Origin: Dehalococcoidia bacterium
Lineage (GTDB): Bacteria; Chloroflexota; Dehalococcoidia; GIF9; AB-539-J10
Assembly (NCBI GenBank): GCA_030602785.1
Contig: JAUVZB010000007.1
Span: forward strand, 1,420-65,419
Direction of reading: 5' to 3'
Length of the DNA stretch: 64,000 nt
Positions 49,440 to 58,921 of the stretch are shown one piece after another. The notes below the pieces were generated by a model. That model did not search any database and was not told where the DNA came from. It saw only the letters and a program-made list of their open reading frames with translations. The position numbers were made by a program, and so were the translations under genes. Within the stretch, counting starts at the first letter, position 1, and each line of letters opens with the position of its first letter.

Positions 49440-50644
49440 GCTCCGAACTTGTTGAGTTTCAGCGCGTTCGCCATCGCGAGCGGCATCAACTCGGGGGCGT
49501 GAAATTGCCCCAGACCACCCCGCAGACAAGCCTGCTCTGAGAACTCGGCCACTTCGTCGGTCCTGCAGTAGAGCGCACTCAGCACCACCGGCACAGGGTG
49601 CCAACTGTGCATTGCGAGTCCCGCCGGCGTTGAGTGATCACCGGTCACGATGAACACATCGGGCTTCAGGTCGAGGAGGGCCGGCAGAGCGGCATCCAGC
49701 TCCTCCACCGCCTTCACCTTCGCGTCGAAATCGCCGTCCTCGCCCCGCGCGTCCGTCTTCTTGTAGTGGACGAAGAAGTAGTCGTAGCTGTCATAGTTCC
49801 GGCGCAGCGCCTCGATTTCGTCCTGTAGCGTCTCGCCAACCGGCAGTATGTCCATGCCCACGACGCGAGAGACGCCGCGGTACATGGGATAGGTGGCGAT
49901 ACAGGCCGGCGTGAGGCGGTAGATGTCGCGGAGCGAGGGATAGTCCGGGCGCTGAGAGAAACCCCTCAGCAGGAGCATGTTGGCGGGGAGGCTGTCCTTC
50001 AGCAGCTCGCAGGCCTGCTCGATGAACGAGTTCGCGACAAGGGCCGTCCTGCGGCCCGTGGAGTCAAGCGCCTGTGCCGGCAGAGGCTCCATTCCCTCGT
50101 GTTGAGGGTCGGTATCTGCCACCTCCTGTGACAGTCCCTCACCCCGGAGACGTATGACGAAGCGGTGCTCCTTCCCCGGGAAGAGAGCAATCTCGATATC
50201 CTCCACCTTCACGCCCTCGTTCAGCAGGTCGCACAGCTCGTGGTTGAGCTCGGTTGCCAGGCGTCCTGCCCTGCGGTCGGAGATGAGGCCCGAGTCGTCC
50301 ACCGTGCAGTAATTGCCGCGGGCGACAACGTCGCCCGGTCCCACTTCGATATCCAGGCCGAGCGCCTCCACTATGCCCCGGCCGAACTGGTACTTCACGG
50401 GGTCATAGCCGAAGAGAGACATGTGGCCCGGGGCGCTACCGGGGGTGATGCCCTGGCTCACCGGGTGCAGCATGCCACAGATGCCCTCCCGCGCGACACG
50501 GTCGAGGTTCGGGCTGTGTGCTGTCTCAAGCTCGGTCCTGCCTGTCTCCGGGTGAGGCAAGCCGCCGACACCGTCTATGACCAGGAGGACTATCTTTGAT
50601 GGAGTCACCCGGGCAAGTTTGCGTATCTCGTTGAATCCAATCAT
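49436..50644 (-). CDS. apgM: 2,3-bisphosphoglycerate-independent phosphoglycerate mutase (ApgM type)
   Basis: IDGVGG, TELE.A..PNLD, PGSAPGHMSLFGY, DRRAGR, TGDHSTP, HSWHPVP. Confidence 0.92.
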   Translation of the reverse strand: MIGFNEIRKLARVTPSKIVLLVIDGVGGLPHPETGRTELETAHSPNLDRVAREGICGMLHPVSQGITPGSAPGHMSLFGYDPVKYQFGRGIVEALGLDIEVGPGDVVARGNYCTVDDSGLISDRRAGRLATELNHELCDLLNEGVKVEDIEIALFPGKEHRFVIRLRGEGLSQEVADTDPQHEGMEPLPAQALDSTGRRTALVANSFIEQACELLKDSLPANMLLLRGFSQRPDYPSLRDIYRLTPACIATYPMYRGVSRVVGMDILPVGETLQDEIEALRRNYDSYDYFFVHYKKTDARGEDGDFDAKVKAVEELDAALPALLDLKPDVFIVTGDHSTPAGLAMHSWHPVPVVLSALYCRTDEVAEFSEQACLRGGLGQFHAPELMPLAMANALKLNKFGA

Positions 50645-50715
50645 CTGCCTTACATTGTAGACACTTCGTCGCAACGTTGACAATGCGGAGCGTTCGCCCG
50701 TAGTATGCTCGCGCC

Positions 50716-51696
50716 ATGAATGAGACCGAACAGAATGAACGAGTTCTTGCCATCGACATAGGAGGCACGAAGACAGCGGCCGCGCTCGTTGACGGCGCAG
50801 GCAGAGTGCTTTCGCGGGGGCGCGTTGCGACGCCGGACACTGACGACCCGATTGTGCTGGTGGAAGCGGTGGGTGGTCTGGCGCAGCAGGTGCTTGGCGC
50901 TGCCGGAGCCGCTATCGCTGATGTAAGCGCGGTGGGTGTCTCGTGCGCGGGTATCATTGACACGCAGAAGGGAGTCGTCGTGTTCTCCCCGAACATCCCC
51001 TCGCTGCGGCGTACGCCACTCAGGAGCATGCTTTCGGAACGCCTTGGAATGCCGGTGCGGGTCGGGAACGATGCGACGCTTGCGGCACTTGGCGAGTGGC
51101 AGTTCGGGCTCAACCGGGCGGTGGCTGACCTGGTCTACATCACGGTGAGCACCGGCATCGGTGGGGGCATAGTAGCGGGAGGAAAGCTCTACGAAGGCTC
51201 CTGTGGGGCCGCCGGCGAAGTGGGGCACATGGTCATAGACGTGAATGGGCCTGAGTGCCCGTGCGGAAGACATGGTTGCTGGGAATCGCTCGCATCCGGG
51301 CGGGCGCTCGCGGAGCGGACGGCTCTGCGCATCGAGGAAGGAGAGGCCAGCTCGATAGGCGAGCTTGTGGGGGGAGACCTCGGGAAGATAGACGCACAGC
51401 TCGTGTCCATCGCAGCGCAGCAGGGCGATGCCCTGGCGCAGGAGATGATAGCGACGACCGCGTTCTACGTTGGCGTGGGGCTGGCCAACCTCATCAACCT
51501 GTTCAATCCGTCGCTGATTCTCATCGGTGGAGGGTTGTCGAAGATAGGCGAGGCACTACTGGGCCCCGCGGCGGCGGTGGCGAAAGAACGGGCCTATGTG
51601 GCCGATGCCTGTGATGTGGAGATACGCAGCGCGTTGCTGGGGGACGACTCTCCGCTGCTCGGCGCCGCGGCGCTTGCGATGGGGCGCATCGCGTGA
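50716..51696 (+). CDS. ROK family sugar kinase (glucokinase-like)
   Basis: IDIGGTK, GNDA, STGIGGG, GEVGH, CPCGRHGCWE, IGGG. Confidence 0.92.
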   Translation: MNETEQNERVLAIDIGGTKTAAALVDGAGRVLSRGRVATPDTDDPIVLVEAVGGLAQQVLGAAGAAIADVSAVGVSCAGIIDTQKGVVVFSPNIPSLRRTPLRSMLSERLGMPVRVGNDATLAALGEWQFGLNRAVADLVYITVSTGIGGGIVAGGKLYEGSCGAAGEVGHMVIDVNGPECPCGRHGCWESLASGRALAERTALRIEEGEASSIGELVGGDLGKIDAQLVSIAAQQGDALAQEMIATTAFYVGVGLANLINLFNPSLILIGGGLSKIGEALLGPAAAVAKERAYVADACDVEIRSALLGDDSPLLGAAALAMGRIA

Positions 51697-51779
51697 ATTC
51701 GGGGAGACTCCAGGGCTGTTGTGGGGAAATCCCGTTTCTGGCAGAATAGACTGAGCATGGTGTAGAGGAGGTAAGGACA

Positions 51780-51917
51780 GTGCCGTTTGGAGCAGGACTC
51801 GTATTTGGTATTGCCAGCCTTGTGTTCGGGATTGTTGTTTTGCTTTTCCCCAAGATTCTGAACTATCTCGTTGGTATCTACTTGATTATCGTCGGGCTTA
51901 TCGCGATTCTGTTCTAG
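51780..51917 (+). CDS. Small membrane protein, DUF3096-like (45 aa)
   Basis: MPFGAGLVFGIASLVFGIVVLLFPKILNYLVGIYLIIVGLIAILF; strong SD GAGGAGG; below ORF-track cutoff. Confidence 0.75.
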   Translation: MPFGAGLVFGIASLVFGIVVLLFPKILNYLVGIYLIIVGLIAILF

Positions 51918-52061
51918 TTGAGGAGGGCCGCCAGCCTTGCCCACACGATGCCTCTCCGTCGGCAGTCCGCCGGCGCAGGGGCATTATTGCTATGTTTGAA
52001 AAGCCAGGTGTCCCGTGATACAAGAACCAATTGCCGGAGGAGAGAGACAGGAGGTCCACCC

Positions 52062-52361
52062 ATGGCGATGTATATGACTATGGTGAGGTTCACGCACCAA
52101 GAGGCGAAGAGTATCTCCAACTTCTGCAAGGAGTGGCAGGAGAGCGCTAAACGAATCGAAGGCAGCGGAATCAAGCTCATCGGCTCGTACGGCATACTGG
52201 GACCATACGATATGGCCTTCGTGTTTGAGGCGCCCGACCAGGAAAAGGCAGCGAGTGTGCCTCTGGCCATCTCGTATCTCGACCCCGGCATCCAGACCGA
52301 GACGTGGTCTGTCATTCCGATGGAGCAGTTCGCCGAGCTGGCGGATAGCGTGAAGTGCTAG
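52062..52361 (+). CDS. GYD domain protein
   Basis: YGILGPYDMAFVFEAPD, TETW; SD AGGAGG. Confidence 0.85.
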   Translation: MAMYMTMVRFTHQEAKSISNFCKEWQESAKRIEGSGIKLIGSYGILGPYDMAFVFEAPDQEKAASVPLAISYLDPGIQTETWSVIPMEQFAELADSVKC

Positions 52362-52425
52362 CGAATGCCACAGGCCCGTTCGAGATGAGGGCCGCGGCCG
52401 CGCTACCTATCAACGGCATCGAGCC

Positions 52426-52827
52426 ATGAACTACTTCGCGTATGGCTCAAACTTGAGCACACGCCAGATGCAGCAGCGCTGCCCGGGAGCGAAACGCCGC
52501 TTCAGCGCGAGGCTTCCGAACTACACGCTCGTCTTCACGGGTGGCTCGCGGAGCCGGCAGGGTGGCACTGCGACGGTACGCCTCCAGAGGGGAGAGAAGG
52601 TCCTGGGAGGCGTGTACGAGATAGACGAGAAGTGCCTTCGTTCGCTCGACCGGCACGAGGGGTATCCGACCATCTACGACCGGATGAGCGTCATCGTGTT
52701 CAACGACATGGGTGACGCCATCGAGGCGGTCATGTACTACAAGAAGGAGCGGGCAGCCGAACTGGCTCCGTCACGCGAGTACCTCGCCGTGATTCGCGAG
52801 GGTTTCGAGGATTGGGGCCTCATCTAG
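52426..52827 (+). CDS. Gamma-glutamylcyclotransferase family protein
   Basis: YFAYGSNL, QM..RCP, LDRHEGYP, PS..YL. Confidence 0.9.
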   Translation: MNYFAYGSNLSTRQMQQRCPGAKRRFSARLPNYTLVFTGGSRSRQGGTATVRLQRGEKVLGGVYEIDEKCLRSLDRHEGYPTIYDRMSVIVFNDMGDAIEAVMYYKKERAAELAPSREYLAVIREGFEDWGLI

Positions 52828-52902
52828 GGCTGGCAAGATTGTGAGGGCGGGGTGCCCGCCGCTGGTCTGCGGCGGCGCGCCCCGCGTCTTGTTCGGCCTT
52901 TC

Positions 52903-54060
52903 CTATGAGGCGGGGACGACTCTCCAGATGTCCTGAGCACAGGTGTAGCCGAGTATCTCGCTCTGCGTCTTCCGCCCGTTCGCGACCTCGAGCATGAAGT
53001 TGAACAGGTCCTGGCCCACCGCGTCGATGTCGGTGAGTGCCCACTCGATATCCACGAGGTAGTCAAGCAGGTCGGGGTACTTCCGGAAGTGGTCCTTCCG
53101 TGCCGTTATCTTGATGACGGGTACCCAGGGGAAGCCGTAGGGCGCCGCCCCCTCCGTCGAGTAAGTCATTATGTTGCAGCCGCCGGCGGCGAGGCCAGTG
53201 ACCGACATCATGTCGTTGCCGGGCGTGTTCATGAACCACATGCCCTTGCCTTCCGGTATCTCAGCGTAGTCGACCACCTCGGTGAGTGGGGTGGTTCCGC
53301 CCTTGTGGATGGCGCCAAGCGCCTTCTCCTCGATGGAGCTGATTCCGTCTTCGACGTTCTGCGCGTCGGGGTTCGCCCGCAGGAAGTCCATGCCGGACGA
53401 TTTCAGCCACTCCTCGAAGTCGACGACGACCTTGATCATCTTCTGCTTGACCTCGTCATTGACTGCTCTGGCCGCGATGATATGTTCTGCGCCGATGACC
53501 TCCGGGCTCTCGCTGAAGCCGCCGTTGCCACCGTATTTGATGACAAGGTCGAGTGCGTGTCCCTGTGCTGCGTTCGTGACCGCACCCGAGAGGGGCGTTG
53601 AGCCGCCGCACTCGACGCCATGGCGCAGCTTTGATAACGGCATGGGCTCACGCCGGATGCGCGAGGCATCCGACGCCATCTTGCGCACGGAGTCGATGCC
53701 CCGATGGACAGCGACCATCACGCCGCCCTCCGTGTGGACTTTGCATACGTCAACAGGCTTGCCTGTGCTCGCGATTCGCCCGGCAATGCCGTCGGGATCG
53801 GAGTCGGCACAGTCCGGCCCGACGATGAGGACGCCGTGCAGGTTCGGGTTCCTGCCAAGGTTGACGAGAGCTCGCTCCACGACCTCCTTGTCAGGAGGGA
53901 TGAGCCCACAGACCTGCTTGTGGGTGAAGAGCTTGCAGTCCTGTACGGCGTTCGCTATCCACATGCCCGGGTCATTGGCGCACGCCGCGCTGACGATGAC
54001 TCCGATATGGTTTCTAGTGCCTGCTGTGCCGTCCGGTCTTGGATATCCCCAGAATTCCAT
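52903..54060 (-). CDS. UxaA/GarD/SuyB-family dehydratase large subunit
   Basis: GYPRPDG..GTRN, NPN, ECGGS, E.IGAEH, GISSIEEKALG, PVIKI. Confidence 0.85.
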   Translation of the reverse strand: MEFWGYPRPDGTAGTRNHIGVIVSAACANDPGMWIANAVQDCKLFTHKQVCGLIPPDKEVVERALVNLGRNPNLHGVLIVGPDCADSDPDGIAGRIASTGKPVDVCKVHTEGGVMVAVHRGIDSVRKMASDASRIRREPMPLSKLRHGVECGGSTPLSGAVTNAAQGHALDLVIKYGGNGGFSESPEVIGAEHIIAARAVNDEVKQKMIKVVVDFEEWLKSSGMDFLRANPDAQNVEDGISSIEEKALGAIHKGGTTPLTEVVDYAEIPEGKGMWFMNTPGNDMMSVTGLAAGGCNIMTYSTEGAAPYGFPWVPVIKITARKDHFRKYPDLLDYLVDIEWALTDIDAVGQDLFNFMLEVANGRKTQSEILGYTCAQDIWRVVPAS

Positions 54061-54072
54061 CGGTCCCTCCTC

Positions 54073-54366
54073 TCACGCCTTCGATGCGGCCTTTATTCGA
54101 AGGCCGACCATGTTGTGGATGTGAACGTGCTCGCCCACGCGTATGTCCGCGGTGGCCTCGCCGATAACCTGCCCGTATTTCAGCACCTTCTCCCCCTTCT
54201 TGATGGGGGTGACGCAGAACTTGTGCTGGTAGGTTATGGGCTCGACGAGCTTCACGTAGCGCAGCTCGCTCCCTGCCTTCAGGTCCAATTCCTTGCCCTC
54301 AGGCAGATCGGTGACTGACACAGCCGTGTTGTCCGTCGGGTGCAGTATGATTGCCTCGATAGCCAT
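54073..54366 (-). CDS. UxaA/SuyA-family SAF-domain small subunit
   Basis: HPTDNTAV, HKF, KYGQVIG, GEHVHIHN. Confidence 0.87.
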   Translation of the reverse strand: MAIEAIILHPTDNTAVSVTDLPEGKELDLKAGSELRYVKLVEPITYQHKFCVTPIKKGEKVLKYGQVIGEATADIRVGEHVHIHNMVGLRIKAASKA

Positions 54367-54393
54367 ACACTCCCTCCTTCCTTCGCTCTCGCG

Positions 54394-55515
54394 TCAGGAG
54401 ACGCGGAACCTGTCCACGGTATTCTCGTCGAGGTCGATACCCAGTCCGGGGCCTTCCGGTATGTGGACATAACCCTCGGCATCTATCTCCATCTTCTGCT
54501 TCGTCAAATCCCACCGCATCGGAGTCTCTTCAACGCAGTACTCGAGGACAAATGTCGACTTGCGGGCGGCCAGGAACTGCAGGCCCGCGGCAAGGTTGAT
54601 GCCGGTCGTGTAGAAGTGGTTGACCACACGGAGACTCCTGTCCTCGATGAAGTCGGCGATGCGCATCGCCTCGGTGAATCCGTTGCGGGCGAGGTCTATC
54701 TGGGCGATGTGGATGCCGCCGCGCTCGATGAGGTCGCGCCATGCATACCGGCCGGCGTCGCCCTCTCCCGCCGCAATCGGTATGCGGGAGCTGTTGCTGA
54801 GTTGCATGTAGCCATCGAGGTTGTCCTGCTGCAGCGGCTCCTCGAGCCAGAGGATGCCGAAGTCCTCGAACTGCCGTGCCCGGCGGATAGCCGTTATCGT
54901 GTCCCAGCAGCAGCCGGCGTCGATGAGCACGTCGTTGTCGGGCCCGACGCCGCGGCGTGCGCCCTCGACGAGGTTGAGGTCCACCTTCTCGCTCTCGCCC
55001 ATTGGCGCCCAGCCGAACTTGACGGCGGTGTAGCCCTTGCTGACCCACTTGCGGCCTATCTCGGCTGTCTCGTCGCCGTCGCGGCCGAAGAGGATACTCG
55101 CGTAGGCTCGAATCTTCTTGTGGAATGCGCCGCCAAGGAGCTGGTGCACAGGTTTCCCGTAGTACTTGCCGGCGAGGTCCCAGAGAGCCATGTCGATGCC
55201 GCCCATCGCGTGGATGACGACGCCTCTCCTGCCGTAGTAGAAGGTCGCCTGGTACATCTTCTCCCAAAGGACGCGCATGTCGAGCGGGTCCTCCCCGATG
55301 AGCAGGCGACCGAGTCCCGACGTGACTGAGTGACTGAAGGGCGCTTCGATGGCCGCTTTCGCCACGCGCGATGACGAGTCAATCTCACCGATACCGGTGA
55401 TGCCCTCGTCCGTGTGAATCTTGACGATGAGCGCGTCCTGTCCTGAGGAGCACTTGTCGACAATGTCCTCCTCGGGCAGTCGTAGCTCGATTGCCTCGAT
55501 ACTCGTAATCTTCAT
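54394..55515 (-). CDS. Mandelate racemase/muconate-lactonizing (enolase superfamily) enzyme
   Basis: TDEGITGIGE, IDMALWDLAGK, DAG / WLEEP / AGE metal ligands, PEGPGLG. Confidence 0.9.
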   Translation of the reverse strand: MKITSIEAIELRLPEEDIVDKCSSGQDALIVKIHTDEGITGIGEIDSSSRVAKAAIEAPFSHSVTSGLGRLLIGEDPLDMRVLWEKMYQATFYYGRRGVVIHAMGGIDMALWDLAGKYYGKPVHQLLGGAFHKKIRAYASILFGRDGDETAEIGRKWVSKGYTAVKFGWAPMGESEKVDLNLVEGARRGVGPDNDVLIDAGCCWDTITAIRRARQFEDFGILWLEEPLQQDNLDGYMQLSNSSRIPIAAGEGDAGRYAWRDLIERGGIHIAQIDLARNGFTEAMRIADFIEDRSLRVVNHFYTTGINLAAGLQFLAARKSTFVLEYCVEETPMRWDLTKQKMEIDAEGYVHIPEGPGLGIDLDENTVDRFRVS

Positions 55516-55549
55516 GCCTTCCCCCCCTTGTGATGCCCGTACACAGAAC

Positions 55550-55569
55550 GGGGCCCGTCTCCGGGCCCC
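55550..55569 (-). terminator. Hairpin 3' of RraA copy 1
   Basis: GGGGCCCG-GAGA-CGGGCCCC on minus strand (GNRA loop). Confidence 0.45.
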
Positions 55570-55575
55570 TGGCAG

Positions 55576-56241
55576 CTACAGAACGCCGTATTTCTTGTAC
55601 ACGTCGCCCAGGAGCGCTCCCGTGAGCAACTCATCCCGGACTGTGTCCTCCGCGCTTGCTTTCTCCAGTGCCAGCTTGATGGCTTCCTGCTCTATGGCCC
55701 TGGGGATGACGATGACACCGTCGATGTCCGCGAGAACGATGTCCCCCTCATTGACCAGCACGTCACCGCACATGACGGGACGGCCGTATTCAAGAACGAT
55801 ACTCCTGCCCATGGAGTCGAGTGGCCTTGTGCCCGTTGCGAACAAGGGGAACTTCATCTCCGCTATTCTGACTACGTCTCTCACGTAGCCGTCAACGATT
55901 GCGCCGCGCGCTCCCCTGGCTCGCGAGGCGGTCGAGAGCAGTTCCCCCCAGAGGGCCGTCTCAGTCGAGCAGTTGGTGCCGCCGACAAGCACGTCATTTG
56001 GCTTCAGAGTATCGACAGCTTCTATCTCCATCGCGTAGTGGTTCTCTTTCGTCTCATAGATATCCACGCTCAGGCATGTGTGTGCCCTGCCGGCAACGAC
56101 AGCACCCGGCCACATCGGGTCGACGTCGGCGCGCATCGCCTGGTTCCTGTAGCCGAGCTTGTCGAGCACGTCGCAGATGACAGAAGAGTAGAGCTTCTGC
56201 TCCATCGTGTCGAAGAGTTCCTTTTCGTTCTTGAAGTCCAT
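55576..56241 (-). CDS. RraA/HMG-CHA aldolase family protein, copy 1
   Basis: VAGRAHT, ALWGELLS, IVDGYVRD, GDIVLADIDGVIVIP. Confidence 0.9.
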   Translation of the reverse strand: MDFKNEKELFDTMEQKLYSSVICDVLDKLGYRNQAMRADVDPMWPGAVVAGRAHTCLSVDIYETKENHYAMEIEAVDTLKPNDVLVGGTNCSTETALWGELLSTASRARGARGAIVDGYVRDVVRIAEMKFPLFATGTRPLDSMGRSIVLEYGRPVMCGDVLVNEGDIVLADIDGVIVIPRAIEQEAIKLALEKASAEDTVRDELLTGALLGDVYKKYGVL

Positions 56242-56688
56242 TTCGATTCACTCCTTTTCCCGAGACTGGCTGTCGTTGCAGGGAAGGCCATAGGGGGTCG
56301 ATGGGGCGGCCAAGAGAGAAGCCTGCACCCGAAGTCTATTCAGGTGTTGTAGGGGCGTCAACACCGAGGGAGAGGGATACAGGAACGGGCAAGCAGGTAT
56401 GCGGTCGAGTCAGGCACGTGCGGGCAGACTCGATTCTTCGCGGCTGCGAATGAGACCCTGCCCTGGCGCAACCGGGTGGTTGTGCACTGGCTCGATAGGG
56501 GTCCTGACGCCGTGTGGGGCGGTGTCCATTTATCAGCACGGCACCCTGATTCGAGCGAGGCTTCAGGCTGAGAGGGTCGCGGCTGGAGGGACGTTCGTTG
56601 GCCGGGCACCTTCTCGGCAGCAACGGCTCCATTGCACCTGCTCCGTCAGTCTGAACGCCGACCCGCTGCGTGAAGCAGAATGGTGGCA

Positions 56689-56706
56689 GGGGCCGTTTCC
56701 GGCCCC
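56689..56706 (-). terminator. Hairpin 3' of RraA copy 2
   Basis: GGGGCCG-GAAA-CGGCCCC on minus strand (GNRA loop). Confidence 0.45.
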
Positions 56707-56712
56707 GGACAG

Positions 56713-57378
56713 CTACAGAACGCCGTGTCTTTTCCAGACCTCGCCGAGCATCGCTCCCTCGAGGAGCTCGTCGCGGACGGTGTCCTCCGCGCTTGCTTTC
56801 TCCAATGCCAGCTTGATGGCCTCCTGCTCTATGTCCTTGGGGATGACGATGACTCCGTCGATGTCCGCGAGGACGATGTCACCCTCATTGACCAGCACCT
56901 CGCCGCACATGACGGGACGGCCGTATTCAAGAACGATACTCCTGCCCATTGAGTCAAGGGGTCTTGTGCCCGTCGCGAACACGGGGAATTCCATCTTCCG
57001 TATCATGACGAGGTCGCGTGTGTACCCATCAATGATGGCACCCCGCGCGCCGCGGGCGCGTGAGGCGGTCGACAGCAGTTCGCCCCAGAGGGCCGTCTCG
57101 GTCGAGGAGTTGGTGCCGGCGACAAATACATCGTTCGGTTTCAGGGAGTCCACGGCCGCAATCTCGTTCTCGTAGTTGTCTTCCTTCACCTCGTAGATGT
57201 CTGCGCTGAGGCAAGTGTGCGCCCTGCCCGCGACCACCGCTCCGGGCCACATCGGGTCTATGTCGGCGCGCATCGCCTGGTGCCTGTAGCCGAGCTTGTC
57301 CATCACATCGGAGATGACCGAGGAATAGAGTTTCCGCTCCATGGTGTCGAATAGCTCTTTGTCATCCTGAAAACACAT
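56713..57378 (-). CDS. RraA/HMG-CHA aldolase family protein, copy 2
   Basis: Same length (221 aa) and motifs as copy 1; about 83% identical by manual count. Confidence 0.9.
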   Translation of the reverse strand: MCFQDDKELFDTMERKLYSSVISDVMDKLGYRHQAMRADIDPMWPGAVVAGRAHTCLSADIYEVKEDNYENEIAAVDSLKPNDVFVAGTNSSTETALWGELLSTASRARGARGAIIDGYTRDLVMIRKMEFPVFATGTRPLDSMGRSIVLEYGRPVMCGEVLVNEGDIVLADIDGVIVIPKDIEQEAIKLALEKASAEDTVRDELLEGAMLGEVWKRHGVL

Positions 57379-57629
57379 TCCGTTCTTCTCCTTCCTTCGG
57401 GCTGCTATCTGTGCTCAGCACGGTGTTATTTGAGACGGTCTGCCTTGTTCGTATTGCGTCTTTCACTCTGAGACCCAGGTCTCGTGCCCCAAGAATGGTC
57501 TATCGGCGCTGGCCCTGGGCATCAACCCCACGCCTTCATTACCTACGTTTCTGCACCACCGCCCTTGGGCACCAGAAGCACTCTCCCGTTGAGGACACTT
57601 GATTGTGTACCGCGCGGGCATTGCCGCTC

Positions 57630-58712
57630 TCAGACAAATGTCAGGAACCGCGCGGGATTCTTGACGATGATGGTCTCAACCTGCTCGCGCGTAAGGCCCC
57701 GGACTAGCAGCAGGGGCACGATGTTCTCTAGGATGTGCGCATAACCGGGGCCGCCCCAATTCCAAAGCCGATGCTTGCTGCAATGGTCGTGTGAAATCAG
57801 TATCTGGTCGATGAACCCGGCGTCAACAAGCTGAACGATCTCCGCCACGCGTGCCGCATCGTTGGGCACCTCCACTGGCACAGGGTTCTCCTCGGAGAGA
57901 ACGTGACGGGTCTGGTGCCAGCCCTCAAAGGAGAACATGTCGTACTCGAGGTAGCATCCCGTCCTCGCCAGTTCAACACGCATGTCGTGCAAGAAGACAG
58001 TGCGATCGATGTGACTGATGGCGACCCGCGTTACGTCCGCCCCGTGTTTCTCTAGGTAGCGCACGATTTCAAGAGGCGAAACCGGGCTGTGTCCAGGATG
58101 GATGTTGACCGGAGCGCCAGTCGTTGCCTGCGCCTGTGCCGCCGCCCTCAATGCCATGTGGCACCCGGCTGTCATGGGCCTTTCGGGACCAAACCGCTCA
58201 ATGCCTATCTCCCCGATAATGCCGGCACGAATACCGGTGCCGTCCGCCCCGTCTGTGATGTCCCCAACGATGCTTTCGACCATCCCTTCTTCTGAAAGGC
58301 CTTTCGGCCAAAGTGGTTCAAGGTAGTAGCCGCAGCCCATCACAATCTGCAGGCCCGTAGCCCGCGAAATCCGTGCTAGAGCCTCCGGGTCACGGCCGAG
58401 TCCATGGTTGGACATGTCGACGAGAGACTGTCCGCCGAACTGCCTGTATCGTGTCAATTCCCTGATCGCCACGCGCTCATCTAGCATCACCCAGTTGTCT
58501 CTACTGTTGTATGGGTGGTAGCGCACCCATCCGAGGTTCTTGAGAGAGACTGGCTCGTAGGCTCTGAAGCGCTCGCCCGACCTCTCGGGCTCGGCGAACC
58601 ACATCGCGAGGTCGAAGAGACAGTGCTCGTGAGGCAGCGTCACTCCAAGGCGCTCAGTCTCTATCGCTCCAAGCACCGTCTGGACTCTGCCTCGCATCTT
58701 GTGAGTCGACAT
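57630..58712 (-). CDS. Phosphotriesterase family amidohydrolase (PHP-like)
   Basis: VQTVLG, TLPHEH, GLGRDP, GIIGEIG, NIHPG, SHIDR, LISHD; SD AGGAGG before ATG 58712. Confidence 0.9.
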   Translation of the reverse strand: MSTHKMRGRVQTVLGAIETERLGVTLPHEHCLFDLAMWFAEPERSGERFRAYEPVSLKNLGWVRYHPYNSRDNWVMLDERVAIRELTRYRQFGGQSLVDMSNHGLGRDPEALARISRATGLQIVMGCGYYLEPLWPKGLSEEGMVESIVGDITDGADGTGIRAGIIGEIGIERFGPERPMTAGCHMALRAAAQAQATTGAPVNIHPGHSPVSPLEIVRYLEKHGADVTRVAISHIDRTVFLHDMRVELARTGCYLEYDMFSFEGWHQTRHVLSEENPVPVEVPNDAARVAEIVQLVDAGFIDQILISHDHCSKHRLWNWGGPGYAHILENIVPLLLVRGLTREQVETIIVKNPARFLTFV

Positions 58713-58921
58713 CTGTTCCTCCTCCCTTTTGCAAAGGTATCTTGTTGGCGCTGCCTCGACGCAAGACCGCTTCTCTGAGCACAAAATGAGATTGAAGTCT
58801 CCAAGGCCTGCCCTGCAACCCGACATCGCACTCATGCCCGCGTGGCAATGTGCAGGGCCCACGTATGACTGGCTTCCATGGGCGGCACGTCCAAAGAATG
58901 GAAACCCCCGACATTCGAAAC

